Source: Chrysomallon squamiferum (Eukaryota; Animalia; Mollusca). Taken from it: a DNA stretch of 64,000 nucleotides. Below, piece by piece: positions 13,385 to 26,052 of the stretch. Below the pieces are notes generated by a model. It searched no databases and was not told the DNA's origin. It saw only the letters and a program-made list of their open reading frames with translations. The stretch is from positions 13,020,001 to 13,084,000 of the forward strand of contig CM022665.1 of the NCBI GenBank assembly GCA_012295275.1, in the 5' to 3' direction. The stretch's first letter is position 1. Each line of letters begins with the position of its first letter. Position numbers and translations under genes: made by a program.

Positions 13385-13666
13385 CTTGCTGTTTCTCCAT
13401 TCTACTGACTTTGTCTTTATATTCACTTATTTTTCTTGCTAGAGGGTGAAGATGTGGCCCCTTGTCCATTAAGATATTGAATATTAATTCAAATTTTTTA
13501 GCCTCTTTTTCTGTTTCAACTTTCTGGTATTCTTCAGTAGTTATTACTGATAATGTAAGTAATTTATTTGCTATGTCATTAAAACTGAGAGAAGTGGATT
13601 GTCCCAGACTCTCTTCAAATTCTCTGATATTTTGAAGATCATCTTCAGAAGGCAAATGAATATATT
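13385..13666 (-). CDS. Gene A exon: CARD-like death-fold domain
   Basis: EYIHLPSEDDLQNIREFEESLGQSTSLSFNDIANKLLTLSVITTEEYQKVETEKEAKKFELIFNILMDKGPH follows the CARD pattern (I.D.L...VIT.EEY..I ... LL..L..KG); phase-1 AG/GT boundaries. Confidence 0.75.
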
Positions 13667-14304
13667 CTACAACACCAAGAAAGAAGAAGAAGAAGAAAAT
13701 AAATGGTAATAGTAATAATTAGTTGATGATGATGATGATAACAAAACGTTACTAGTTTTATTACAGTTACTACTATTTCTTCTATTACAACTGTTATCCT
13801 ACTAAAATTAACAAGACTAAATAAATCAGAAACAAATAAAAAAACAAATACGAAATAAAACACTGGTAAACATACATAAGTAAAATCATAATAAAAGACA
13901 CTTTTAAAATAAAATAAAGATGACTAAGAAATACAACTACTGCTACTATAACTACTACTACTACTAACAGCAACAATAAAACAGTAATACAACTACTATT
14001 TCTACAATAACTGCAACCACTACTGCTAGTGCTATTACCAGTAATACACACTGCCTACAATGTACACATAAATAAATGTGTATGTATATATAAAATAAAT
14101 TTTTATTTAAAAAAAATATATAAAAATAATAATAATTTGCTTTCATTTTTCTTTTCAATAACTTATTTTTTCTTTTCTATTTTCAAGTATAGATTAAAAT
14201 AAGTTTATTCGTTAAAGTTTTGTTTAACCAGATTTAAAGAAAATAATTTATATTTCCACCCCCAAAAATATAAATATGCAAAAGAACGAATATTTTTATG
14301 CTAC

Positions 14305-14326
14305 CTTCCATATCACTTTCTTGCAT
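14305..14326 (-). CDS. Multi-death-fold adaptor gene A, first coding exon (MQESDME)
   Basis: Exon 14305-14385 with AG/GT boundaries. ATG at 14326 splices in frame (phase 1) to the CARD-like exon. Upstream non-coding exon ends at the 14867 donor. Confidence 0.6.
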
Positions 14327-15701
14327 TGTTTCTCTTCATTGGTGACAAATTTACTTGTAAATCCTGTTGAATTATTTCAACCAAACTGAAATAAATAAAT
14401 ACATTTGTAATATAGCTGAAATCTTAGATGAGAGAGAAAACCAGCAAGAAAACAAACAATAAATGAATTAAAAAAAGAATAATTACATAAATAAATAAAT
14501 CGATTAAAAATTAAAAAGAGAATGAACGAAAAGAAATTCATAAAACACATGCTCAGAGAAAAAAAAAATTACGTAACTTAACGAAATAATTTTATTTATT
14601 ATTTTATTATTATTAATGACGATTACAATTGATTATATATTATGTCCATATAATGATATATGATAAAAACGCCACATTAATGATTACTACAACAGACTTA
14701 ATATTAATAATAAAGTTAAAAAAATAAAAATAAATATATATATATTAAAAATTACGTTATTTAACTATAACACAATACAGCTTTGAACTAGTAAGTCGAT
14801 CGCATTATGTTGGTTATTTCGCTCTACTAATACGAACACGGAAAAGGAATAAAATAAAATATTTACCTTGAATTATTGAAATGTGCTTCAACACAGTTAT
14901 TTACTGAAAGTATACAAGAAAAGAAAGAAAATTTAAAAATTAAAAAAAAAGAAAAAAAGAAAAAAGAACGCAAGATGTAACAAAACTGGCGCAAAATGGT
15001 TACGTGAGGTGGATCAAGATGGCGTAATGTCACACTATTTCCTAGAAATCGACCAATGTCTGTACTTTCATTTTGTAGCACGTGATCCAAACTTAGGAAC
15101 TACAGATATATATAATACACATGGCCGTAACTACTTTGAGGCAAATGAGGCAAATGCCTTACACCGAAATTGACGATTTAATTTTTTATACAAAGATTTT
15201 ATTTTAAAAATATAAAATATTAATATCTATTCCAATAGAAGTGATATCCACTGAATGAATTCGTTTTTGTCTACAGTTACCGTTTGAAGCCCCATAGTTA
15301 CGTCCATGATACGTACAGATGTTGAATAACTAATCAGAAAAACAGATGTAATATTTAATACAATTTTATAATAGGAAAGAAAATGTGTCGTGATATTGTA
15401 AAACGTACTGCGAAAAGTTCCATTAATCACTCGACCAATAAATAAATAAACAAAATGAAATACAACAACAAGAATAACAACAACCACAACAAGAACAATT
15501 TAAATAATAATAATAATAATGATAAATATCTTTGAAATACTAAATAAATAAAAATAATCCATTAAATTGAGTTCACCAAAAAAATACTTCTTGATTTCAA
15601 TAGTTTTACGTAGGAATAGTTACTGGCATTTAATTGCAAAATATTTTATATTTTATAGAGAATATAATTGAAATTAATCAGTGGTTGTTGATATATACCC
15701 A

Positions 15702-15703
<2 letters not shown>

Positions 15704-15791
<88 letters not shown>

Positions 15792-15810
15792 ATGGTGATG
15801 ATGATGATGA
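15704..15810. repeat. (TAA)n(TAG)n microsatellite
   Basis: Direct reading. Confidence 0.9.
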
Positions 15811-17425
15811 CAGCAGAACATTATTTATAATAAATAAATAAATAATGATCAGTATATTTACTGTTATGAAACCGTATTTAACCAGTATCTTCCTTTGTAA
15901 CCTAATGTCACGTTTGTCTACTTCGATCATATATTTACATAAAATAAAAACAAAATTTATAATTACCTTGTTTGTTGAATGTTTAAAGTGTTTAAATATC
16001 TAGTAACAATGATCACATTATTAATAATAAAAGGGGAAAAAAGCAGAGAAAATGAGGGAAATGAAACTAAGAACCATATATGTTATTTTGTTTGGGGTCA
16101 GTTTTCCTGGTAACAGCCAATCGCTGCAGTGCACAGCTTGGCCTGTTTAATGTAAATACTGGAGCCGGCACTATGCACGCTGAAAATACAAATGCTTTCC
16201 AAATACAAATACACTGTTGTTCAAAGGAATGTAATATGCAACATTTCCTATTTCCAATGCACAATTTGTTTTTATTTTGATGAAGATGTGCGATTTTTAT
16301 TTTGCTAATCTTTTTGAAGAATAATGATGCCAAAAAAAAATCCTTGATCAAGAATACCTTTTGAAAAAAGTGGTTTCTGCACTTTCAAATGAACAATACT
16401 CCGTTGGCATCACGTGCTTAACGCGGGGAGCGTTAAAAGACCTGCTCGTAAACTTCCACAGCGATAAACATTCTGGCTATGCAAGCGTGGTAATGGGCTG
16501 TGGAGGGAGCTACGAGCGACGGATGTCTATTATGAGATATACCTTGAAAAAATAATAGAATGCAGCAATAAAAGGAGCATTAATAATTTTCTTTTGTTTT
16601 CAAGAAGATAAAACATACTTACATTTTTTGTTCGAGAAAGCTGATGTTAGTGACTTCAAAGGAGGTAATTTGTGATCGCCAGTTTGAGTTTGACTTTAAT
16701 ATTTGTAATTGCATATGTTTTCATAAAAAGGTTTTCTTATAGTATAATAAAAAAAAAAAAATAGAACATCAGGCTGAAGGAAATGATAAATTAGCTTGTG
16801 TTGAAAGTTGTCAGATGTTAACATCAGATAGTCGCATGTGGAAACTGGATAATCTTCAAGAACTTGATAATGTCCTTGAGAAATGCAAACTGAAATATTC
16901 TTTGCTTTATAAGCATACTCCTCTGTTAGAATAGATGGTCAAGTGAACCGTATCTTGCCGTACAGCTGAAATGAGCTCAGTCGTTTGACCACGACCTCCT
17001 AGTGAACATACCCAATGTTTAGTAATGTTTGTGATTTGAAGTATGTCTTGTAACATCTCTTTACAGAGGCATTTTCACTGTAAACAAAATCGAATTATAA
17101 TTACGCATTTTACTACATTTTAAAATACTGAAAGAAAATGCTGCCCAATTTTGGGGCATTAACAGCCATTTTTGGAGAGCCACTAGATCTCAGCTTGGGA
17201 TGAATATGGGAAAAAATTAGAAGTATTTATAGGTTAAATGCTTGAAATCTGTGCAAAAAACTGTAAAAGATACGAGCTACTAAAATAAGCATTCTCTGAA
17301 AAAGAATGTTGTTGTTGTTGTTGATTTTGTTCTTGTTACTGAAACATTGGAGAGCCATACCTTTGTTGGAATATAGATAGAAAAACTATTTTTTCTTCTT
17401 TTAAAAAAAAAAATTATATTTCATT

Positions 17426-17456
<31 letters not shown>

Positions 17457-17626
17457 GTTAGTTAGTTAGTTTTTTTTTTTTTTTTTTTTTTTTTTATAAA
17501 AGTAATATTCCTATTAATGTAAAATGATATTATTTTAGGCGTTTGAGATCAAAATAATCATGCTTAGCAATTTTCATCAAAATCGGAATTACTCTGGTTA
17601 CAGTTTTGACACAGAATGACCCATGT

Positions 17627-17807
17627 CAGGGGCGTATGTACAGAAAACAGGGCCTTTGGCAAGCACTCGGATTGCACCCCCGTGGAAACATCTAATACCG
17701 ACCTTTCAGATAACTTTACCATAAAATCAGCTCAGAAATACCAGTCACGTTTAATAGAAAGTGCTCTGTGACACCCAAATACTTGCTGTATTTTAGCTAT
17801 GCCACTG
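17627..17807. mobile_element. hAT-like MITE
   Basis: CAGGGGCGTA...TATGCCACTG termini; flanking 8-mers ACCCATGT and ACACATGC resemble a decayed 8-bp TSD. Confidence 0.45.
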
Positions 17808-18586
17808 ACACATGCACGTGAAGTTCGAAGTTCATCGATATAAACCACACACACAGACACATTACCCCATCATCATCATCATCCTCACATATCAAACGAA
17901 TGAACTAATATTTCTAGAATTTATTCTTTCGACATTTATTTTCATTGCAACCTGACTTTTCATTTACAGTAGGACTGGCGGATGATAAGTGCATTGCTAG
18001 GAAACCATCTCATACTGTTGTAAAGGTCGTTTATAGAGGTCTTCAAGTAAAATGCCATTTTATTTGTTTTAAACAAAAATATTTCTACCCGTTAAAAATT
18101 TATTTTTATTCTGCATTTTTTATATTTACTTTAAGTAGTAATACTTATGCAAATCTTTGCGAGTATTATATATTTCAGCAATTCAAGGTAAAAAAAAATT
18201 CTTGTTCTTCATCACTATTATTATTATCATTATTTTATCAATTTTATATTCAATTTCTGTTGCATAATACGGACAAAATAGTTTACTAGGTATTAAACTG
18301 TTATGTGAAAATTCTTTTATACTTTATTAGATTGAACTAATTTTGATTGTTTTTCATATCCGATTTGATGATTTTACAGGATGACGGTGCGTTTCCAGTT
18401 ACATTATTTTCTAAAATATATGAAAGACTTTTGTATTTTCTTTCATTCATTTTGTTAATATTAACCTCAGAATATGAATTAACAACATCAGCAGCAGTGG
18501 AAACAACTACGTGAAAATGATAAGAATAAATACTACTACTTCCATAGCTTCTGCTGCTGTTGCTATTATTACCACTATTACTACCA

Positions 18587-18620
<34 letters not shown>

Positions 18621-19209
18621 GTAATAATAATAATTAATATTCTATGATGATAATGATTATAGTTACAATAATAATTATTATAACAATAGTAAGTATAACA
18701 ATAAATAAATAATGATGATGAGATAATAACAGTATATTTGTGAATCTTATATCAGTATTATAAATAGTACAATCAGTTCTGCATAATCATCATGTGTAAT
18801 GATTTAATAAATTGTGCATTGCAGACTATAAACAACTCAACAGTACATGTTATTACCGGTTTTTATTGTTTTTGTTTTTTTGGTTTCATCTGATCTTTGT
18901 CATTACCTCCCTATTGATCATTAATTCGTATTAATTCAACAGATGGAGATAATTATACATTTTCTTTTTAATTATACATAAATACTTGTAATCGATTCAG
19001 GCAAACATGACGTTAGGGTAAAAATTGAGGTCACAGTTAATACGTACTGTTGAAATACTGATTTATAATGATGACGATTATGATGGTGATAATAATAATA
19101 AAGTTTATTAAAATATATCTGTTTATTTATTTATTTATTTATTTTTTTTTTTTTGAGAGTTATTACAGTATTAATTTTATTCATAATGAAAGTAGAAATA
19201 TTGGCCATT

Positions 19210-19704
19210 GTGAGATCTCGTGATCTAGACCCACCTCATGTAACCGAGCATTTTGTGCCTGTTTTGTTACATCTTTTTATCTTTCTTTTTCTTATATTTG
19301 CTCATTTTATTCATTTCTTGTATACTTTCTGTAAATAACTATGTTGGAGCATATTTCAATAATTCAATGTAACAATTTTGGTTTATCTTTATTTGTATTA
19401 GTACAAGGAAATAACCTAAATAATGAGATCGATTTAATAGGTCAAACCTGTGTTGTGTGATACAATCATTGATCGTCTGGTAACTATTCTTAATTATATT
19501 TATTTATTTATTTATTTATTTATTTGTCACTTCATTCATTCTTTCTTTTTTATTTGTTATTTCTTTCTTTCTTTCCTTATTCAATAAATTATATTACTTA
19601 TAGTACATAATTATAGTTAATCAAAGGCTGTTGTACATGTTTTCCTGTTCATGAAAAAAGTTTATATAAAAGGCCGTGCTCATTAAAAAAAAAATAAATA
19701 AATA

Positions 19705-19747
<43 letters not shown>

Positions 19748-21645
19748 TAATTAATAGTTATGTTGTTGATATTATTATTGTCTTTTTATTCCTGAATACT
19801 TATTTTTGATATTATTCTATACAAACCAAAACAGATGGAACTATCAGAACGTATTGACGAATATATAGCAAACCTGGGTGAACAATGGAATGTGGATGAT
19901 ATAACTGATGGATTGCAAAACCTATCTGTGATATCTGCAGATCATGATAAAATTAAAACAGCTAGAGATCATGAAAAATTCAAAACCCTCATTACAACTT
20001 TGATAGGCAAAGGAAATCACATCATTTCTTTGATACACATACTAACAGAAAAATATGTCAGTGCACAACAAAAAAAACCCAGATAGGTAACTAATGAACT
20101 GCTGCTGTTGTTACAACTGTTTCTTTAAAATGTGTTTATGTATATACATTCTGCTTATGTACTTTCATACATACCTAATGCCTGTAGGCTATATATACAT
20201 ATCTACATAGACATACATACATACAGTGTTGAAGAATTGGGATTGGTCTTTGAAATAATACAAGATAATCTTGTTTTCAAAGGTTTGAAGCATACAGAAA
20301 TTTTCAAACAATTATCATACAGATTAATTATATTACTGCATTGTATAATAATTATCCATAAAAAGGCAAAATCCAGAATGTTTAGCAAAATGAGGTAAAA
20401 AGAATTTACGGATCCTTAGAGATTATGACATAAAAGATATTATTAGAAACAAATCTAATTCACTTTATTTCTTAACAATATAATAAGTGTTTCTTCTCTA
20501 CATGTGTTATAATATGCTTTCAAAATCTGGCTAATATTCGTACTCTGTTAACAAAATGTGAAATTAAATAATTGAATGCTAGTTATTAATTTAATTATTA
20601 CTATTTTAGCTGGAGTTTAAATTTCAGGACAAGTCTTCAGGTATCTGTTTATGACTTGTTTTTTGCTGTCACAGAAAAAAGTGCAGAAGACATTCTGCAA
20701 TCACAAGAAGAAAATGCAATGCAAGAATACGTTAAGGAAATGATTAGCAAAGAATGGAAATTAAAAGAAGCTTTAGAAAGTCAATCTGGAGAAAGTAGAG
20801 AGTGGGCAAGACATCACAGGAAGTGTCATCAGCCAGAATCTCGAGGAAATGATGCAGTCAACCATTTAACACCATAGAGAATGTTTTATTAAAAGCAAGT
20901 ACACTAGTTACAAATATAGTTCAAGCCTTTTTAAATAAAAACGATTAGGCTCAACTGCTTTAAGCACTCCAGCTTAGCTTCAGTTTACCTAAAAAAGAGA
21001 TAGTATCAGGTTTAAATGACATTATTTTTTATGAATACATACAAATTCACAAATGTATACTTGCATATGAAGACACATACATACATATTTATAGAGAGCA
21101 GGCAGACAGAGGTAGATAAAGAGAGAGAGAGAACCATACAAAGAATGACAGATAAACAAATAGACAGAGAGAAGTAGGAAGCAGACAAACAGAGAGAAAG
21201 AGAGAGAGTTAACACTAACAGACATAAAAACACAGAGATAGAAAGATGAACAGTAACAATATTTGAGGAAAAGAAAAAAATATAAAAAGTTATGATCTTC
21301 AGAGGTTATGATTATAAGAAATATTTTTAAAAGCACAGCTAACTCATTCTCTTTCTTTGTTATATAATAAAGTATCCATTTATTGGATTTAACCTAATGT
21401 AATCTTTCTTTTATTGTCAATGAAAATATTTTGTTTAAGGAATCCACACAGACATACAATTATTGCTGGATCCAAACCTGCTGCAGATGCTGCATGCTAT
21501 GTCAAATGAATTAAAGCCTGATGAATGAGAGAAGTTACGTCAGAGTCTCAAACTGAACACTATAGAAAATGAAATGCTAAGTAAAGGAAACACAAGTCTG
21601 ACTTTAAGCAAGAAATACAAAGTTGGTGAACACCAGAAACTATAG
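19210..21645 (+). pseudogene. Inverted (head-to-head) paralog B of the death-fold gene A, pseudogenised
   Basis: 19210-19370 is the reverse complement of A's 5' exon (14865-15030). CARD exon 19835-20086 (MELSERIDEYIANLGEQWNVDDITDGLQNLSVIS...LIGKG) ends in a stop at the donor. Coiled-coil remnant starts at 20675. Exon 21440-21645 reads ELKPDE*EKL versus A's ELTKEEWSAL (TGA at 21526). No exons for the first DED were found. Confidence 0.75.
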
Positions 21646-23181
21646 GTATTTCATTTTGTTAACTGAATGTATGTATAGATCATGAAATAGTACATGTCTC
21701 TATCTCTCTTAAGAAGAAGTAACCAGATATACACCTTCACTATAATATGATTTGCTTTTAAACAGATCCTAGAAATGAAATTTAAAACATTAATTTAAAA
21801 TCAGAAGTAGAAATTGCAGAGAGAAAGTTTAAAACATTAACTTAACATTATATGTAGAAGTTCAGTGAAAGTAGAAGTTAAATTGTTTTTCTTGTATAAT
21901 ACTATTAATAATCTTAATGTGAATATTTAGATGATGTAATATCTGTACCTTGAAGCATCAATATTTAAACTGCATTATGTTCATAAGACTGATGCATAGC
22001 ATGATATTTACTTTTATCCTGCAAGTATCACAAATCAGTGCCTACACTGTATAGTATTAAAACTGTTAATACACAATTTGTACATGACTTAAATACATTT
22101 GTTTTTCTTGATATCTGTTCGCTGTACCTAGTTTTTACTAACTTTTTACTTGATAAAAAGTTCAATCACTAATTACTAACGAGTTCCACTCTCAGTTCCC
22201 ACAGCTCTGATTGGGTTTGTCTCTTTAAACTGAAATATTTGTTTCGTTTGCAGAATATTAATATCAATCTAACTTTATTTAAAACATATTAGTGTATTAA
22301 ACTACTATCTTACACATATATGCACAAGAATAATTATGATGCAGGTGATGATGATGATGATGATGATATACCAAGAAAATAAAATATTCTCTCATCTTTG
22401 ATATATATTAAATTATACAGGTAGCTAGCTATACACTGATTGTTATTATTTATACATATATTTGATTTTTCTAAAAATAAAAACATAAATAATTTTCATA
22501 TAAAGCAATCTAATGTGCATCTAATATGTTCATTCATCTATACATGCTGAATGGAATCGATATTCATTACAGGAGGCAGATAATTATTCTATTTTTAATT
22601 AAATATCCTTTCTTCATTTAGTATTATATAAGCCATATAATATTACATTTATTTTCTGTATTCTGTTTAACAAGATACTGTAATATTATTTTTATTGTTG
22701 TTTTAATTTAGTTTAGTTTGGTTTAGTGTTATTTATATTATTATTATTTCATTTTATTTTAGTCTAATTTTATTTATTTATAACAATAATAACAACAATA
22801 CTGTTATTATTTTATTTATTTATTTAGCATGATTATTATTATTATTATTATTATTATTTTTTTTTTTTTTTTTTTTTAAGAGTGTAGATAAAAAAAATCA
22901 GGAAACTGCCATTTTTCTGTAAGTGATGTCATCATGGACAAAACCAGCCTTTCCCAGCATTTTTTGTGACATGCAGATATTTTGTAATCGAGTTATTTTT
23001 TATTCTTTATTATTAATCATGCTAGATTGCTCAATTCTTACATTCACTTTAATCAATTGTAAAATGAGCTTTGACTGTGTATCTGTCCATGATTTTATTT
23101 CATTTTATCCTGGGGGAGTTTCCATGCAACTGGGAAATGCCCCATAATATGCCCTAGTAAACTGATATCTAAATAAATGAC

Positions 23182-23327
23182 TATCAGCGAACAGCTCTCA
23201 CACAAGGATGGTAAGTCTAAATATATCAGTGGACATCTCTCACACAAGGGCGGTTACTCTAAATATATAGGTGAACATCTCTCACACAAGGGCGGTAAGT
23301 CTAAATATATCAGTGAACATCTCTCAC
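23182..23327. repeat. 42-bp tandem repeat, ~3.5 copies
   Basis: Unit TATCAGTGAACATCTCTCACACAAGGGCGGTAAGTCTAAATA. Confidence 0.9.
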
Positions 23328-23919
23328 AGATGAAAAACACGGTACAGATTCCAGACGAGAACCGTTTATACGCGAAATGATGAAGAATCTGACATAGATG
23401 TAGACAACGAGGATAGACAACCTCAGCAGCCTGCTCATTCCGATTCATATTTTTTTTTTTTTATTATTTACATTTTGCATTATATTTCTTAGCATTTTGT
23501 GTGTAGTGTGCCCGCAATTTTTTGTAAGGCTTCAAGTGTGCCCCTACTTCAAAACGTTTGAAAACCACTGCTATAAACTGTCTAAAACATGCAATTGATT
23601 GATGCATAATACTGTCATACTTACACTTGTTTATCCCTCTATGAACGGTACAAGAATACATTGAAAGTTAGAATCAAATATAAGCTAATTAATAAAATAA
23701 ATTGGTTTGAAGACAATAACTGAAAACACCAATTACATGAGATAATACTACAAATGATACATACATACGTACAAATACACACGTATATATATATAAATTA
23801 AAATTCAAAAATGTATCGCTGTTCATATTAATTCCAAGAATGCTTTCAAATAATATTATTAATAACCCCAGGGTTTGGCACTAGGATGCAATGCATAATT
23901 CTGTTGATGTTCAGAGAGA

Positions 23920-24275
23920 AAGGGCGGAGTCTTTTAGGACTGAATTATTTTGGACTGTCTGTGGGAACGTTTTCGGCTTGGGGCTATTGGGAGTGGTTTC
24001 GGGCTTACGGCAGCGATTTCTGATTGGCTGGGGTGTGCGTTGGGGCTTAAGTGAGTTCATTTGGACTGATCGAGAGGGGTGATTTGGTGATGGGGGTAGT
24101 GATATAGGCTGGCCGGGGCGTGTGTTCTGCTGAAGTCAGTTAATTAGGATTGTCCCAGGGAGCGTTTTGGAGATGAGGGAGTGATTTAGGGTTGGCCTGG
24201 GCGTGTTTTAGGGCTGAAGGGAGCGAACTGGGACTGAGGGAGGTGTTTTCGGGTAGCTATACCGGCCTGTGCGCA
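23920..24275. repeat. G-rich degenerate ~20-bp tandem array, probably subterminal repeats of a non-autonomous DNA transposon
   Basis: Recurrent GGGAGCGTTTTGG / GGGCGTGTTTTAGGGCTGA-like units in an otherwise AT-rich background. Confidence 0.4.
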
Positions 24276-24404
24276 TGTGTTCCTGTTGACTGAGTAGTAA
24301 GTAATAAAATGTTTTTGATTCATGTATTTTTGAAGCCTACGCTTGATAGAATTTTTATTATTTATTTATTTATTTATTTATTTTAATAATAAAAATCCGT
24401 GGAA

Positions 24405-24454
<50 letters not shown>

Positions 24455-25204
24455 TATTATTATTATTATTTTTTTTTTTTTTTTTCGTAAATAGATAAGT
24501 CTTTATATGTTTAACCATTTAGCTGTTGGCCATAATATTTAATATTTCTTACTGTTGTGCTCTTTAATAATAATAATAATAATAATAGTAGTAGTAGTAG
24601 TAGTAGTTATTAATTAATTCATTCTTTCATTTGTTGATTTATTTATTTCTTTGTTTTTTCATGATTATCTACATATAACCGTATTATATAAAGTAATAAT
24701 TGTCACCCTGTAAGATCCAGGAGAGTGAAAAACAAATCTTTACGTGCTGTGAGTTTTCTTAGAAAGCAGTTTTTCATTGCTTATCATTTTTCGAGGGGAT
24801 GTATTTTCATTCCTCTAAAGAATTCACGTCAGCTACATCAGACGTCAAACTGCAAATATTTGTTGGTCGCAATATCTGTAGATATTTTAATAGGAGCCGC
24901 ATCATTTTCATTCTGCTGCACTAACACAAAAATTACAATGTGTCCAGCATACAAGAATTTTATGATAATTGATACAATGCAAGGGAAAGTTATGCTTTAG
25001 GTAAGGGGTTTTGTGTGTGTGTGTGTTCGGAAACAATATGTAAATGTTTATGATTTTAAATTAAAAATTATGCAGGATACCTATGCGCGCGCGCGTGTGT
25101 GTGTGTGTGTGGGGAGAGAGAGATTGATTGATTGACGGATAGATAGAAATGGTAAATACACAGATAATTATTATAAATCTGCCTGACAGATATATAAGAA
25201 ATCA

Positions 25205-25460
25205 GGAAACAATGAATCAAGAATTGTTAATCATCCATCGAGGCAACCATCCAATCAACCACAATCAATCGACCCACCCATCAACCAACCAAAACATCAA
25301 ATACAACCTACCTTTGATTAAGTGTACAATCTTTTTATAATCAGTTTCTTTAAGACTGTCTGCTATTTCCATCAAAAATAATTTGAGTTCCCATGCACAC
25401 CCACACACAGGCAGAGTTGATTAACATAAGTTTTTATTATTATCCTCTTTTTATAATTAC

Positions 25461-25496
<36 letters not shown>

Positions 25497-25660
25497 ATTT
25501 ATGAGAATTTTTATCATCTGTCTACTATTTATTTATTTACTTATCTATTTATTTGTTTATTTATTTATATGCAATTACCTGAGAGAGAGCGAGAGAATCC
25601 AGCCAATAACAAATAAAACACTAAATTAAATTGAAAAATAAAAATTACATAAATATAAAC

Positions 25661-25691
<31 letters not shown>

Positions 25692-25762
25692 AACAATAAA
25701 AAAAATAACGAATATATAAACCGATTAAAAAATGAAAAAAGAATGAACGAAAACAAATCCAT
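25205..25762 (-). pseudogene. Third, heavily deleted copy (C) of the death-fold gene
   Basis: 25205-25390 aligns to 12905-13070, including part of the DED exon (AAGTGTACAATC.TTTTATAATC...GCTATTT.CATCAAAAATA.TTTGAGT.CCC). TTATATGCAATTACCT (the 13371 junction) is joined directly to 14430-like sequence, so the CARD exon is deleted. Confidence 0.75.
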
Positions 25763-25831
25763 AAGTTATTAAATTAAAATTTATAATTACGTTAATTACA
25801 TCAAACAGTACGTAAAGAATGTTTCATTATC

Positions 25832-25885
<54 letters not shown>

Positions 25886-26052
25886 CCGTTGTTGTTGTTG
25901 TTGTTGTTTTTTATTGTTTTTATCCGATAATAATGATGGGGAATTAATTTCCACCATATGACGGATTACTACTACTAAGCCTCTTACTTATATCACCTGT
26001 TTCTGTGTCTAGTACACATTATTAAGAACTAAGAGTATGGATGATCTAGCAT

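Noticed and set aside
16060-17625. Moderately GC-richer stretch between genes A and B, ending in TTTTGACACAGAATGACCC, possibly a decayed DNA transposon
   Set aside because: No recognisable transposase motif or matching second terminus could be established by eye.
23177-23380. 67-aa ORF with 14-aa SEHLSHKGGKSKYI repeats
   Set aside because: Explained by the 42-bp tandem repeat; no splice or homology support.
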